Assembly: GCA_032128875.1 (NCBI GenBank)
Contig: JAVLKG010000018.1
Location: 1-64,000, forward strand
DNA: 64,000 nt
Direction of reading: 5' to 3'
From: Candidatus Melainabacteria bacterium 17Bon1m
GTDB lineage: Bacteria > Cyanobacteriota > Vampirovibrionia > Obscuribacterales > Obscuribacteraceae
The translations under genes were made by a program, and so were the position numbers. Every line of letters starts with the position of its first letter. Position 1 is the stretch's first letter. This document shows positions 40,297 through 50,418 of the stretch, piece after piece. Below the pieces are notes generated by a model that worked only from the letters and a program-made list of their open reading frames with translations, was not told where the DNA came from and made no database searches.

Positions 40297-41538
40297 TTGA
40301 GCACAATTCATCAAATTTTCCCCGTCATCTTCACGGCTGTCGGGTTCACTTACGCCTTGGCTCTCGTTTTCGAGGTGATCAACGGCTTTCATGACACTGC
40401 TCACGCGTCGGCGACCAGCGTGGCTTCCGGCGTGTTTGCTTTCAAGCCCCTGGAGTTGAGCGTCTTCGGCAAGAAAATCACGATCGAGTGGCGTTATTGG
40501 ATACCGGTTGGAATGTCGTGCGTATTCAACTTTGTCGGCGCCTACTTCGGCGGCACGGCAGTGGCGCTCTTCATTCCCAAGATCATTCACTTCAGCCCTG
40601 TGCCCCTGCGCCTCATAATGGCTGCGCTTATGGCTGCCGCCGGATGGAACCTTTTCACCTGGTGGAAGCGCATTCCTGTTTCCAGTACTCACTGCCTGAT
40701 CGGCGCTCTTACGGGAGCCGGCATGGCAGCTGCCAGTGCGCGTGGTGTCAACTTCCAAGAACTGGGTTGGGCTCTAGTCGGTCTTGCTATTGCTCCGTTT
40801 CTCTCGTACCTGCTCGCTCTCAGCCTGGCCAAGATCTTGAAGATTCTCTTCGGGCGTCCCGGCAGTGGCTCGCGCTGGGAGCAGCTCTTGCGCTGGCTTC
40901 AGGTGTTTTCTTCCTGGGCGGTCAGCCTGGGTCACGGTCGCAATGACAGCCAGAAGACGATGGGCATTATCGTCATGATAATGTCCATCTCCGCGGGCAC
41001 CGCAATCCCGAAGGAAGTTCCGCACTGGGTCATTTTGACTTGCGCGGCGTGTATGGCGCTTGGTACTGCATTTGGTGCTGGGCGCATTATCAACACCGTC
41101 GGCGAGAAGCTTTCCACCAAACCGCTCAGCTTCCATGACGGTTTGGCGGCTGAGACGGTGACGGCGATGCTGATCCATGTCGCTTCTCACTTCGGTCTGC
41201 CGCTCAGCACGACGCAGACCAGCACCTGCGGCGTGCTTGGCGCTGCTGCGGGCATTCACAACGACAGGGCGCTCTCATGGCAGACGCTCAAGAAGATGTT
41301 TTCGGGGACGCCAGCAGACAGGAAGCGCCGCTTCTTCGCTTTCTTTGGCATTCCTCTGCCGGTAAATGCAACCAGCTCTGTGTCTGTTCTGGAGGAAACA
41401 GCCGGCTGGGATGAAGAGTCGGTCGTCAACTGGGCGACTGTGAAAAACATGGTGGGCGCTTGGCTGTGGACATTCGTGGCTACTGTTTGCGCAGCGGAGG
41501 TTCTCTATGTGCTCTTGACCGAACTCAAGATCGGCTGA
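40297..41538 (+). CDS. PiT-family inorganic phosphate transporter
   Basis: NGFHDTA, PVSSTHCLIG, HGRNDSQKTMG, GLPLSTTQ. Confidence 0.92.
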   Translation: MSTIHQIFPVIFTAVGFTYALALVFEVINGFHDTAHASATSVASGVFAFKPLELSVFGKKITIEWRYWIPVGMSCVFNFVGAYFGGTAVALFIPKIIHFSPVPLRLIMAALMAAAGWNLFTWWKRIPVSSTHCLIGALTGAGMAAASARGVNFQELGWALVGLAIAPFLSYLLALSLAKILKILFGRPGSGSRWEQLLRWLQVFSSWAVSLGHGRNDSQKTMGIIVMIMSISAGTAIPKEVPHWVILTCAACMALGTAFGAGRIINTVGEKLSTKPLSFHDGLAAETVTAMLIHVASHFGLPLSTTQTSTCGVLGAAAGIHNDRALSWQTLKKMFSGTPADRKRRFFAFFGIPLPVNATSSVSVLEETAGWDEESVVNWATVKNMVGAWLWTFVATVCAAEVLYVLLTELKIG

Positions 41539-41773
41539 GTTCTCTCTACGCATGTTTGCAAGGTGGCTTGTGACTGTATAAGCCGCATCGCTGTCGTTCC
41601 GCAAATCTCCCGGACGCGTGAGCGCCCGGGGGCGACAAAATTCTCGATTTCCTTTTTCTCTTTTGCTGTACTAGGCTATGCCGTAAAGCGCTTTTAAAGG
41701 TTTTGCTATACGTTTTTCCTCTATATGCGCGCCGTTTGCTGCGGTAATGCTCGATTATTCGATGGGTGCGACG

Positions 41774-41807
41774 TTTGACGTTAATTTGATGTGGACGGGT
41801 GCATCAT
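41774..41807 (+). promoter_or_regulatory. TTTGAY-N5-TTTGAY-N11-(-10) promoter box
   Basis: TTTGAC gttaa TTTGAT gtggacgggtg CATCAT, upstream of the 41914 gene. Confidence 0.7.
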
Positions 41808-41913
41808 GACATCACCCAGCACGCACACAAATTTCAACCGCAGGCAAGACACCGTGCGCAGTGTGGTCTGTCTGCATCGATTCTAAAAACCTGCATTACC
41901 GGAGGGTTCAGCC

Positions 41914-42975
41914 ATGGGAGTAGCACACTTCGAACAACCACAGCATCCAGAAGCTGTTACAAGCCACGGCGGCAATGGCGGCGGCAGCGGAATGCCGGAC
42001 ATGTCCAGAGATAGAGTTGATAGAAGACCAAATTCCAATAGTTCTGACAATGTATTGCCTTCTCTCTCGATAGACGGGCTGGACGGTGTGAAAGGACAGA
42101 ACGTACTGTCAGAGACTAAGTATTCCAATGGACAAAAAGACTATGAGCTAGGCAACGGCAACCATGTCACTGAGTTTGCTCCCGGTGACCAGGAAGACAG
42201 AGTGGCCGAGGTGACTTCCCAGGACGGTCATGTCCACCAAACAAAGTATCGGGATGGACATGTAGAAAAAAACGATGATCGCCCGATCGATCAATCTTCT
42301 GATGAACATGGCGGCGACAATGGTCGGCAAAACACTGATCATCGCGGAGATGGTTCGCGCCAAGGCGACCAACAGGCAGACGCTGGAGCGCATAGTCAGT
42401 CCGGAGAAGGAGGAGCGGACAACCAGGAGGAAGAAATCCGTAATCCGGACGGCAGCAAAATACGCAGCGGTCCCGACGGCGTGCGCAAAGAGTTTCCTGA
42501 TGGCAAAGCCGAAATAACTGCGCCTGACGGCACCGTTACTATCAGATATCCGGAAGAAACGCACAACAAGGACGGCTCTGTTTCTAAGACTTACCCATAT
42601 GACGGTCGTAAAGAAACCAGCGGCTATGGAGACGATGATCCCAGGGACAGCCAGACAGAGTATCCCAACGGCAGAAAAGAAATTCACTACAAGAACGGCA
42701 ACTCTGAAATTCAATTCGAGCCCAATAACAAAGAAGGAAAAGTTTCTGAGGTGACTGTCGACGGCGGCAAGACCGCAATTACTAAGTTCAAGGACGGACA
42801 TGTCGAGAAGGAAGACGCGAACGGCGATATCACGAAGAGCTATCCGCCGAAAGATGGCAAGCCTGGCTATAACGTGGTCATCTCAAAAGATGCTCAAGGA
42901 AATACGACTGTAACCCGAGAGCCCTATGAAGAGATTGCAACCGATCCAAAGAAATACGAAGAGAAAGCATCTTAG
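41914..42975 (+). CDS. Acidic orphan protein with beta-hairpin-like (Y/F)PDG/xDG repeats
   Basis: GGAGG SD; repeated NPDGSKI, FPDGKAEI, PDGTVTI, YPNGRKEI, FKDGHVEK. Confidence 0.8.
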   Translation: MGVAHFEQPQHPEAVTSHGGNGGGSGMPDMSRDRVDRRPNSNSSDNVLPSLSIDGLDGVKGQNVLSETKYSNGQKDYELGNGNHVTEFAPGDQEDRVAEVTSQDGHVHQTKYRDGHVEKNDDRPIDQSSDEHGGDNGRQNTDHRGDGSRQGDQQADAGAHSQSGEGGADNQEEEIRNPDGSKIRSGPDGVRKEFPDGKAEITAPDGTVTIRYPEETHNKDGSVSKTYPYDGRKETSGYGDDDPRDSQTEYPNGRKEIHYKNGNSEIQFEPNNKEGKVSEVTVDGGKTAITKFKDGHVEKEDANGDITKSYPPKDGKPGYNVVISKDAQGNTTVTREPYEEIATDPKKYEEKAS

Positions 42976-43009
42976 TTTGACTTGAATTTGACGCAGAGCG
43001 ACATATAGT
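42976..43009 (+). promoter_or_regulatory. TTTGAY-N5-TTTGAY-N11-(-10) promoter box
   Basis: TTTGAC ttgaa TTTGAC gcagagcgaca TATAGT, starting immediately after the 42975 stop. Confidence 0.7.
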
Positions 43010-43015
43010 TGCTCT

Positions 43016-43109
43016 ATTGATTGTGAGTCTTTCTTGAACTTTGTCACCGAATATGGTGTCTAAATTAATGCGGCACGACTGAGTTTTCTCGGTCGTGCTG
43101 TTTGTTGTT
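43016..43109 (+). ncRNA. Candidate sRNA (~94 nt)
   Basis: Promoter box, no ORF, then terminator GCGGCACGACTGAG-TTTT-CTCGGTCGTGCTGT-TTGTTGTT (43070-43109). Confidence 0.4.
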
Positions 43110-43649
43110 ATGCCACTGAATACGGTGTTGTGATTAGCGCTGCTAGCGATTCCGTGCGATGCTCCGAAAGCCCCTAATAAAAGCCATCGAGGTCGCCCAT
43201 TTGTAGGTGCAATGACCTTGTCGTGTAGTGATTTATAGCTGGCGTGGCAATGCCATTGTGTATGGTGTCACTACGTATGTGCTAGCTGAGCAAAATACTC
43301 ATTGACATAAATTCGAAAAATATTTTCGATGATTTCGGCGAGATCTTTTCTCGCTATTGTTTGTATGTACCCCTAAAAGCTCGCCAGTTGAGTCTTCCTA
43401 CGTTTGCGCCTGCCTGATTTGGCGGTTTGTATGCGCATATTTGTGAGCTTGCATTCATGGGATGCAGATCAATAAGTTGGAATTATCCTTCAACATTTTC
43501 TTTACCTGGAGCTTTAAAGCGCAAGCAAACATAGACCAATTCCTGACCACGCAATATTGCACGCAGTAGTTTGCTGCATAGGTTCCGACCGCACTTGTAG
43601 CGGTTGTATCTTCAACTCTGTTCGGCTTGTTAGAAACAGGAGAACTCAA

Positions 43650-45224
43650 ATGAACGCAGCTACGCAAATTGTCCGCACCTTGCAAAAGGGTGATGTTCAG
43701 ACCTTCAAGTTCAAGGAGTATGTACGCTGGGATAATCGAACCGGTCAGAAGATTCTCGGAATCAGGGGGGTGCATCCGGCCGCACGCAAGGTGGTTTTCG
43801 TCGCCCAGACTGCGACCGTGCAGCCGCGCCATGGCGACATCCTGCTCTGCAAAGTGATTAAGGATACGGCGCCTGCCGACCCGAAGAGGGGCGCTTTGAT
43901 TGTTGCTCCTGTCGTCGGTGAAAACAAGGCGAATTGCCAGCTTAAAGAGCAGAGAGTTCAAGTTCGGCTTCACTTCGACATCTCTGAGGCCAAGGTCGCC
44001 AAAGGCGAGCCGATTGTTCTGGTTGCAGTGAAGACCAGATGCGGTGCGAAAGTAACGGCAAGAAGTGATTTCGAGATAAGAGCGAAGTCTGACTTGCCCG
44101 CCGACTGGCCTCTCTGGGTCAATCAGAAGATTGAAGACCATTTGAATCTGATTGCCGTCTCTCGCGCCAATTGGCTCAAGAAGAAGTCCGAGGTCTGCGA
44201 TTGGTTCGAAGTGAAGAACCTGAGCAACCTTGACACCGGTGAGTTGCTCATTAGAGTCGTCCACAAGAAAAGGGTCGGCTTTGATGAATCAACGAATCTC
44301 GAGGTCATTTCCATTCGCTCTCGGGGCGACATTCCCCTGGAATGGACGGACCAGACCAAGAAGAACGTGCTGGATGCGATCGAGAAGACTGAGGCGGCTT
44401 ACGCTCAGGCGAAGAAGGTCGAATGGTCGGTGGTTTGGTCCGGCACTGCGCCGGATCGGTTTCCCCGAGTAATCGGGCGCGAGAAGCGGAGTGGGAAGGT
44501 GACCGCTTCTTTCGTCATAACTTCGCCCGACCAGCTAAACGACGGGCTGTTGGCGTCGGTCAAAAGCATCGCTCAGGCGATGCTTACCAGAGCCGAGGCG
44601 ATCAATGCCGAAGCTCGCGCCAAGCTCGAACGCAGGAGGTTGATCGACGAGCTGAAGCATGACGCCGATGGCAAGACGCGCTTCCAGTGGGCTGGGGACT
44701 ATATGACCGATGGAAGGCTTTGGTTCCCCAGGCGCAGACCGGAAGGTCTCGAGTGGCGGAAATTCCCTATTGCTGCGGTTCCGGCTGGGTATTGGGAAAC
44801 CTTCCTCCAGGGGCTGGAAGGAAAGATCATGGAAGAGCTCCTTGATTATTGCACGCAAGAGAGCTGGCGCCGCCCGCTCGCCGAGCGTGTGAAACTGACA
44901 GAACGTCAGGAGGAGATCAAACGCACGATCAAGTCGGAGATCGAGCGGATGGTCAAAGAAAAGCAGATGTGGCAGGGGGATGGAGTTGACGCTATTGCCG
45001 TCGGCAAATGCGTTGTCTTTATTGTCGAGCGCAATGGGCAATGTCTCTATGTGGTCGACAATCCCGGTCCCGGTGCCATTTACGTCTTCCGTTCAAAGGA
45101 AGGCGCTCACAGGCTGGCGCGCGAGGAAGTAACGCGTCAGGCTCTGATCAAGAGCGGAGCGATTCGCATTCTTCACATGCCTGGCTGGCAATTGAAGCTT
45201 GCAGAAACGATTGCCAGCACTTGA
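43650..45224 (+). CDS. Hypothetical protein (~524 aa)
   Basis: AGGAG SD before ATG 43650; long ORF with no recognised family. Confidence 0.8.
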   Translation: MNAATQIVRTLQKGDVQTFKFKEYVRWDNRTGQKILGIRGVHPAARKVVFVAQTATVQPRHGDILLCKVIKDTAPADPKRGALIVAPVVGENKANCQLKEQRVQVRLHFDISEAKVAKGEPIVLVAVKTRCGAKVTARSDFEIRAKSDLPADWPLWVNQKIEDHLNLIAVSRANWLKKKSEVCDWFEVKNLSNLDTGELLIRVVHKKRVGFDESTNLEVISIRSRGDIPLEWTDQTKKNVLDAIEKTEAAYAQAKKVEWSVVWSGTAPDRFPRVIGREKRSGKVTASFVITSPDQLNDGLLASVKSIAQAMLTRAEAINAEARAKLERRRLIDELKHDADGKTRFQWAGDYMTDGRLWFPRRRPEGLEWRKFPIAAVPAGYWETFLQGLEGKIMEELLDYCTQESWRRPLAERVKLTERQEEIKRTIKSEIERMVKEKQMWQGDGVDAIAVGKCVVFIVERNGQCLYVVDNPGPGAIYVFRSKEGAHRLAREEVTRQALIKSGAIRILHMPGWQLKLAETIAST

Positions 45225-45367
45225 TCCTCGCAGGCGGCGGGAAGCATTTCCTGCCGCCTCGCCTGTAGTCCCTTGAGAATGCATTTGCTGCAAGGTAATT
45301 CGGCCTTGCGGATTTCCAGTAATGTCGGCCGAACACGAGCCACGCTCGCTAAAAAAGGAATAGAAAA

Positions 45368-46336
45368 ATGGACACTAATGCAATCATGATGGCGATCGCC
45401 ATCCTCCTCTTCGTGCTCTTTCCCATGCTCAGGAAGGCGCTGGGAGCCGTGAAGGCGAAATTCGAACAGGGCGAGCTCAGCAAGATTCATGAGACTACCG
45501 GTTATTCACGCCGAGCACGCAAGATGAAGGGCTCCGATGGCCGCACCAAGCGCCGGAACCTTTTCAAAAAGGCTACCGAGAAGCCTGCAGCAGTCATCAC
45601 TTTTGACGGCAACTTACATGCCGAAGGGCACGATTTGTTCGGACAGCTTGCCGATGAAGTGGTGGAGAACGTCGACGCTCTTTCGGAAGTCGTCGTTTGC
45701 GTCACGTCGCCCGGCGGCAGCGTGCCCCCGTACGGTCTGATGTATGCTCACATGGAGCGCATGCGTAATGCTGGCGTTTCTGTCACGGCCTGCATCGACC
45801 AGTTCGGTGCTTCAGGCGGCTATCTTACTGTTGCGCCGGCGACGAAGATTGTCGCTGCGCCGCTGGCGATGATAGGCAGCATAGGAGTCGCTGCCCACCT
45901 GCTCAACTATAGTCGTTTGCTGGAATGGATAGGCATTGATTCGGTGACTCTGGCTGCGGGCAAGCATAAGCGCATGCTCACGGCCACCGACCCCGTCACC
46001 GAGGAAGGGCGTGACTTCACCACTAAGAAATTGGAGGTGATTCACCGCATCTTCATCAATGCGGTGAGAAAATATCGCCCTAACGTCTGCGAGGAGATTT
46101 GCGACGGCGATAGCTGGTCGGCGCAAGAAAGCGTGGAAAAAGGCTTGGGTTTGGTCGACGAGCTGGCTTCCAGCCTCGAGTATCTGTCGGCTCTGAATTA
46201 CGAGAGGGATCTCGTTTTCCTCTCGGCCAAGAAGTCCAAATTCGCGACTCCCTTCTTTAATTACACTACCGGCATTGCGATGAACATTGTCGATCGTGTG
46301 ATTGCCAGGATTTCTGGTCCTAATTTTGGTCTATGA
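45368..46336 (+). CDS. sohB: S49 peptidase, SohB-like
   Basis: N-terminal TM, SPGG.V..YG, ASGGY, IGSIGV, AGKHKR. Confidence 0.85.
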   Translation: MDTNAIMMAIAILLFVLFPMLRKALGAVKAKFEQGELSKIHETTGYSRRARKMKGSDGRTKRRNLFKKATEKPAAVITFDGNLHAEGHDLFGQLADEVVENVDALSEVVVCVTSPGGSVPPYGLMYAHMERMRNAGVSVTACIDQFGASGGYLTVAPATKIVAAPLAMIGSIGVAAHLLNYSRLLEWIGIDSVTLAAGKHKRMLTATDPVTEEGRDFTTKKLEVIHRIFINAVRKYRPNVCEEICDGDSWSAQESVEKGLGLVDELASSLEYLSALNYERDLVFLSAKKSKFATPFFNYTTGIAMNIVDRVIARISGPNFGL

Positions 46337-46492
46337 CCAAGCCACTGATGGTAGTGGCACGTACTGCTCGCGCCGACGGACAATCTGCCGGCGCGAGCAC
46401 AGGTAATCAGTTGTGGAGGTCGTCTGAAATGAGCTCCACGACTGCCGATATTTGTGAGCCAGTCCCCTGGCTCCTAGAAAGAGGATAAGATT

Positions 46493-47071
46493 ATGGTTAT
46501 CACCTTCCAAAGCGTCTTCCGCCTGCTGTCTGAGTGGACGTGGACCGCCATGTCTGTGCTGTTTAGCATTTTCGTTTACGGATGGCTATTCGGCTTCGGT
46601 GTCGCTATTCTCATTGTGTATCTCATGGTCGTACAAGCGATGGGGCACTATCTGACGGCCAGACGAATGAAGTTGGAGGTAAGACCTCCAGAAATCATGC
46701 CCTTCTCTACGCAGATCCGTGTAAAATGCACACCTGAGTCGGTAGAAAAAGTTGCATGGACGCTGATTGCTGGTCCCATGCTGGGTGGTCTGGCAGCCTT
46801 TGCCTTATTGCCGATCTACTTCTGGGTGGGAGATAAGATGTGGCTTTGGCTGGCTGCAGTCGGATTCGTCATCAATCTGATGGACTTGCTTCCATTCATC
46901 TCGCTCAAAGGCGATCGCCTTGTAAGTATTGTGTGGAGTAGGTCCGAGGGACCAGCAGAGCACAATTTGAGCGGGCAATGGAAAGTGCTGATCGGTAAAG
47001 TACACATCGTTCTCTGTGTGCTTCTAGCCTCGTCAATGTTTTGGGCGGCCTGGTTGCTGCCTATTCATTGA
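46493..47071 (+). CDS. M50 (site-2 protease)-like membrane protein with degenerate active site
   Basis: QAMGH in place of HExGH, AGP, and NLMDLLPFISLKGDR in place of NLLPxxPLDGG. Confidence 0.7.
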   Translation: MVITFQSVFRLLSEWTWTAMSVLFSIFVYGWLFGFGVAILIVYLMVVQAMGHYLTARRMKLEVRPPEIMPFSTQIRVKCTPESVEKVAWTLIAGPMLGGLAAFALLPIYFWVGDKMWLWLAAVGFVINLMDLLPFISLKGDRLVSIVWSRSEGPAEHNLSGQWKVLIGKVHIVLCVLLASSMFWAAWLLPIH

Positions 47072-47166
47072 ATAAGAGCCTTGCGAATGAGCAGTAAGAA
47101 GGCGGAAGCGCTGCCTTCTTATGTCAATCCAAATCAAAATCAAAATCCGAATCGAGGAGTATCAAA

Positions 47167-47414
47167 TGACCAAGACTACTATCATGTCCCCTTCTGCTGC
47201 CGCGCAGCTGGCATGCGTCGACGAGCTGGATGCGGCTCGTATTCGCCTCAACGGCGCTATCTCAAGGAGTGGAGGTCGCGCATTCACATACGCTGCTACT
47301 ATCTTTCAGTCGAGAGTCGGCGACATTTTGATCAGCGAACTGCGCAGTGCCGGCTGGAAAGTTCGGTTTGTTCCGGACAGCCGCGACGGGAGTTATTACG
47401 AGATCAGCCCCTGA
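47167..47414 (+). CDS. Small hypothetical protein
   Basis: GAGGAG SD before MTKTT. Confidence 0.55.
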
Positions 47415-48061
47415 TGTCGGGCGATTCGCTGCGAAGCACATTTGAACAAGTGTGTCAGTAGTTCATCTGCATTGGGGAGAGTTCGAACTTTCATGCTCTC
47501 CCCAAGAACAAGGACAGTCAGTTTAGGCGCCTGCTTGTAAGCCTTCTCTAAGAGGACGAGTTCGCTCGCCAGGATAAGCGTCGGCGGTCAAAAGCTCCAG
47601 CCCTGGCCGGAGCTTTCACCATTTTTGTTTCGCCAGTGTTTTATGCCTTCGAGCGTCCCTTATTTTCTCGAGCTTGGTGATACTGTGTGAGATAGTAAGA
47701 CGTTCTGTAGGGAAAACATTCGACATTGTACTTGACGGTGCAATGGTTTCTCTTGTGCTGAGCAAACTGGCAAAGCTGAACATTTTACGCTCTTACAGTC
47801 CTCTGATTGAGGAAGGTGCGCCAAAGGCTGCTTCTCTTGTTGACGCGTAATTCAGTGGTAGATCGCTGGTTTTCTAGTACTATCAGCGGTGGCGAGTTGT
47901 TGAATGGAAAGCTTATTGAGACTGGACCTAATTGGCTGCGCCGCTCGCGCCTTGCCCAGCCGCGACCCGGTGAAATAGTCCTTGGCTGCCAGAGTTAAGG
48001 AGGCTGAGGCGTATCCACCGCCTCAGCCTCGCCGGGCCGTTTTCGTTTTGGTTTCTTTTGC

Positions 48062-48913
48062 CTATTCAAGTCTGATTCGGCTTATCAGGGAATCTCTGGG
48101 TACAACATAACCTTCACCTATTTGCGCGCGATACAGTGTTGAGCCCAAACCTATTTCGGAATAAGGTCCGATGAATGATTTGTTTGCCGTAACGTTTGCT
48201 TCGATTTTGGCGTGATGAGCGACTTTCGTTCGACCAGTAAGTGTGACGAACGAATTCAAGGTCGAATCCGTTCCGACAATCACATGGTGGCCGATCCGCG
48301 AACTTGGACCTACTGTTGAACCTCTTGCGATGTGTGCTCTCGAGCCAATTTCGACATCGTTGAAAACCTTCGCTTTCGTGCCAATTCTTACTTCGTCGGA
48401 AATTAGTGTGCGGTCTGCAATAAAAACTCTGGAGCCGACTGAGACACCTTTGCCTATTTGAACTTTGTCGCCAATTAGATTGTTTGCCTGCAGGGTAGTT
48501 TGCTCACCAATTGCGACATCATGACCAATCGTGGTTCCTTCGCCGATTCGTACCCCAGCCTCAGCCCTGAAATTGGAAACCCCCGAACCTATTTTTACGG
48601 GTGCCAGCTCGGTACCGGCAATCTTCGAAGGTCCGTTGATTTCAAAGCCAGAACCAATCATGGCATTGTTTATTTCAATGCCACCACCTTTCAGTTTTCC
48701 CGATTCGAGAATAGAATTTGTGACTTTGGGAATTTCATCAAACTCTATATATGCGCCCGTCTGGTTCATTGCGATTGCCTTTATTTGCCCAGCCAGGCTG
48801 TCGAGTTTCGCAATCAATGTTGGAGATATTTCCTCTATGAGGCGAGTGGCTGCGGCCGCTTCGCCGGCGGTGGCTTTGATGACTGTGTGAGGTAACTCTA
48901 AAGGAATGGGCAT
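48062..48913 (-). CDS. Left-handed beta-helix (hexapeptide repeat) protein
   Basis: Long run of [IV]G-xx-[VAT]-x hexapeptides; GAGGA SD. Confidence 0.8.
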   Translation of the reverse strand: MPIPLELPHTVIKATAGEAAAATRLIEEISPTLIAKLDSLAGQIKAIAMNQTGAYIEFDEIPKVTNSILESGKLKGGGIEINNAMIGSGFEINGPSKIAGTELAPVKIGSGVSNFRAEAGVRIGEGTTIGHDVAIGEQTTLQANNLIGDKVQIGKGVSVGSRVFIADRTLISDEVRIGTKAKVFNDVEIGSRAHIARGSTVGPSSRIGHHVIVGTDSTLNSFVTLTGRTKVAHHAKIEANVTANKSFIGPYSEIGLGSTLYRAQIGEGYVVPRDSLISRIRLE

Positions 48914-49089
48914 TTCAATGTGTCCTCTTTTTAACAGCTGCCGGCCTGCGCTTTAGCCGGTGAAATTAGTGGCGATTTGAAAAATCACCGTACGCTATAT
49001 ATAAGTCGTTTGATCATCAAATGAGTGTAAAATTTCCTTGCCTCTTCCTGCGTACTTTCCGCATGTACAGCGTGTTTTCCGCTAATTGG

Positions 49090-49123
49090 TTTGACGCAAA
49101 TATGATGGCGGTCATTCCATGAT
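49090..49123 (+). promoter_or_regulatory. TTTGAY-N5-TTTGAY-N11-(-10) promoter box (variant)
   Basis: TTTGAC gcaaa TATGAT ggcggtcattc CATGAT. Confidence 0.55.
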
Positions 49124-49279
49124 TGCGCAAACGAAGTTACATGCGAAGATAGAACGATGTTCCAATTGTTCAGTCTGGTTATCGCGACTGTAGTGGCATC
49201 TCTAATAGTCTTTGGTCGAAGAGTACTTTTATAGAAAATTGTGATTCGAAGCCGGTAGAAGTTTCTTGGCACTAATCCA

Positions 49280-49313
49280 TTTGACTCTAATTTGACGTTG
49301 TCGATGTTTCAAT
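49280..49313 (+). promoter_or_regulatory. TTTGAY-N5-TTTGAY-N11-(-10) promoter box
   Basis: TTTGAC tctaa TTTGAC gttgtcgatgt TTCAAT, upstream of the 49407 gene. Confidence 0.65.
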
Positions 49314-49406
49314 GCTGGCAGTCCGAACCCCCGCCAACATCAAAGGTTTGCCGTATCCAATCTGATTTGCGGTATGGACATATCCTTCGATTCTTGAGGT
49401 TATCTT

Positions 49407-49676
49407 ATGTCACTTCATCTCGATACCCCGGAAAGACTTTCTCAATCCTCTTCGTTCGCAGAAGCGGCTCATGCTGCAAGAAGTGCTCTTTCGGAAGAGT
49501 TCTTTCATCACGCCATCGGCGCCGGTGCAGAAAGAACTCGCGTTGCTCAAGCGGAGGAGCCGGGTGTCATACATCTGCCGGCGCCCGAACCGGCGCCTGA
49601 GGTATACCATGGGGTCAAGGATGGGAAACCCTTTACCGTAACGATCGAGCCCTGGGACCCTCAGGCGGAGAAGTGA
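49407..49676 (+). CDS. Small orphan protein
   Basis: GAGG SD, 89 aa, preceded by a promoter box. Confidence 0.6.
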   Translation: MSLHLDTPERLSQSSSFAEAAHAARSALSEEFFHHAIGAGAERTRVAQAEEPGVIHLPAPEPAPEVYHGVKDGKPFTVTIEPWDPQAEK

Positions 49677-49696
49677 TAGTTTATGCCCGCCGAAAA

Positions 49697-49730
49697 TTTG
49701 ATGAGTTTTTGATACTGGCACACTTATGTT
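49697..49730 (+). promoter_or_regulatory. TTTGAY-N5-TTTGAY-N11-(-10) promoter box
   Basis: TTTGAT gagtt TTTGAT actggcacact TATGTT. Confidence 0.65.
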
Positions 49731-49736
49731 GAAAGA

Positions 49737-49828
49737 GCACCAAACGTTTGTGCTTGCCAGGCATAGACAATCGCATTGACAATTTGCCAGGGAGAAGATC
49801 GAGACTCTGATCTCGATCTTCTCCTTTT
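49737..49828 (+). ncRNA. Candidate sRNA (~92 nt)
   Basis: Promoter box, then terminator GGAGAAGATCGAGA-CTCTGA-TCTCGATCTTCTCC-TTTT (49791-49828). Confidence 0.4.
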
Positions 49829-50418
49829 GGTTGGTATTGTATATGGTGCTGTGATTGGCGTGGTTCGCGCGAGCTGGCTTCGTTAGCAAAGCCTTTTAAA
49901 CAGTAGCTTTTCTCTTCGTTTGGTGACGGAGTGGATGTTATTCTCTAGGGCTTGGAATGCTGGCACCGCTGTGCCATTGTTGGTGGTGTCAAACGACATT
50001 CGCTAGCGTGGCCACCCTGATTGTAGCTGTCCTGGTTTGTTTTAATTTCCGCTCGCATCAGAGCAATGCCCTTCAGCCTCGCCCAAAAGGCTGCCTCTTA
50101 AGTACTTTTGAGATTGCTCTGGGTTTCTTCTTCAGCGCTATTTCTTAGATTTGACGATTTGCATTTCTGATGGCAGCTCATTTAGGTTCAGGTTATTGAT
50201 CATTTCCTTTTCCGCTTCGCCATTTAAATAACTCAAGAGATTGTCGATTCCACGAAGACCGGCTTAAGCACAGCAAAATTGCTGTGCCTGGTTAATTCCA
50301 ATTTGATTTTCCACCTGTTGCAGTTTTGCTATCGGTAACTGCACACAGGATCAAGGCTGGTCTAGCTAAAACCAAAAGCGAGAGCAATGTGCTCTTGCGC
50401 AAACGAAAGGGAAACAAC

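Noticed and set aside
20700-47414. Prophage or integron interpretation of the co-directional region
   Set aside because: No integrase, capsid, terminase or canonical attC ends found in the window.
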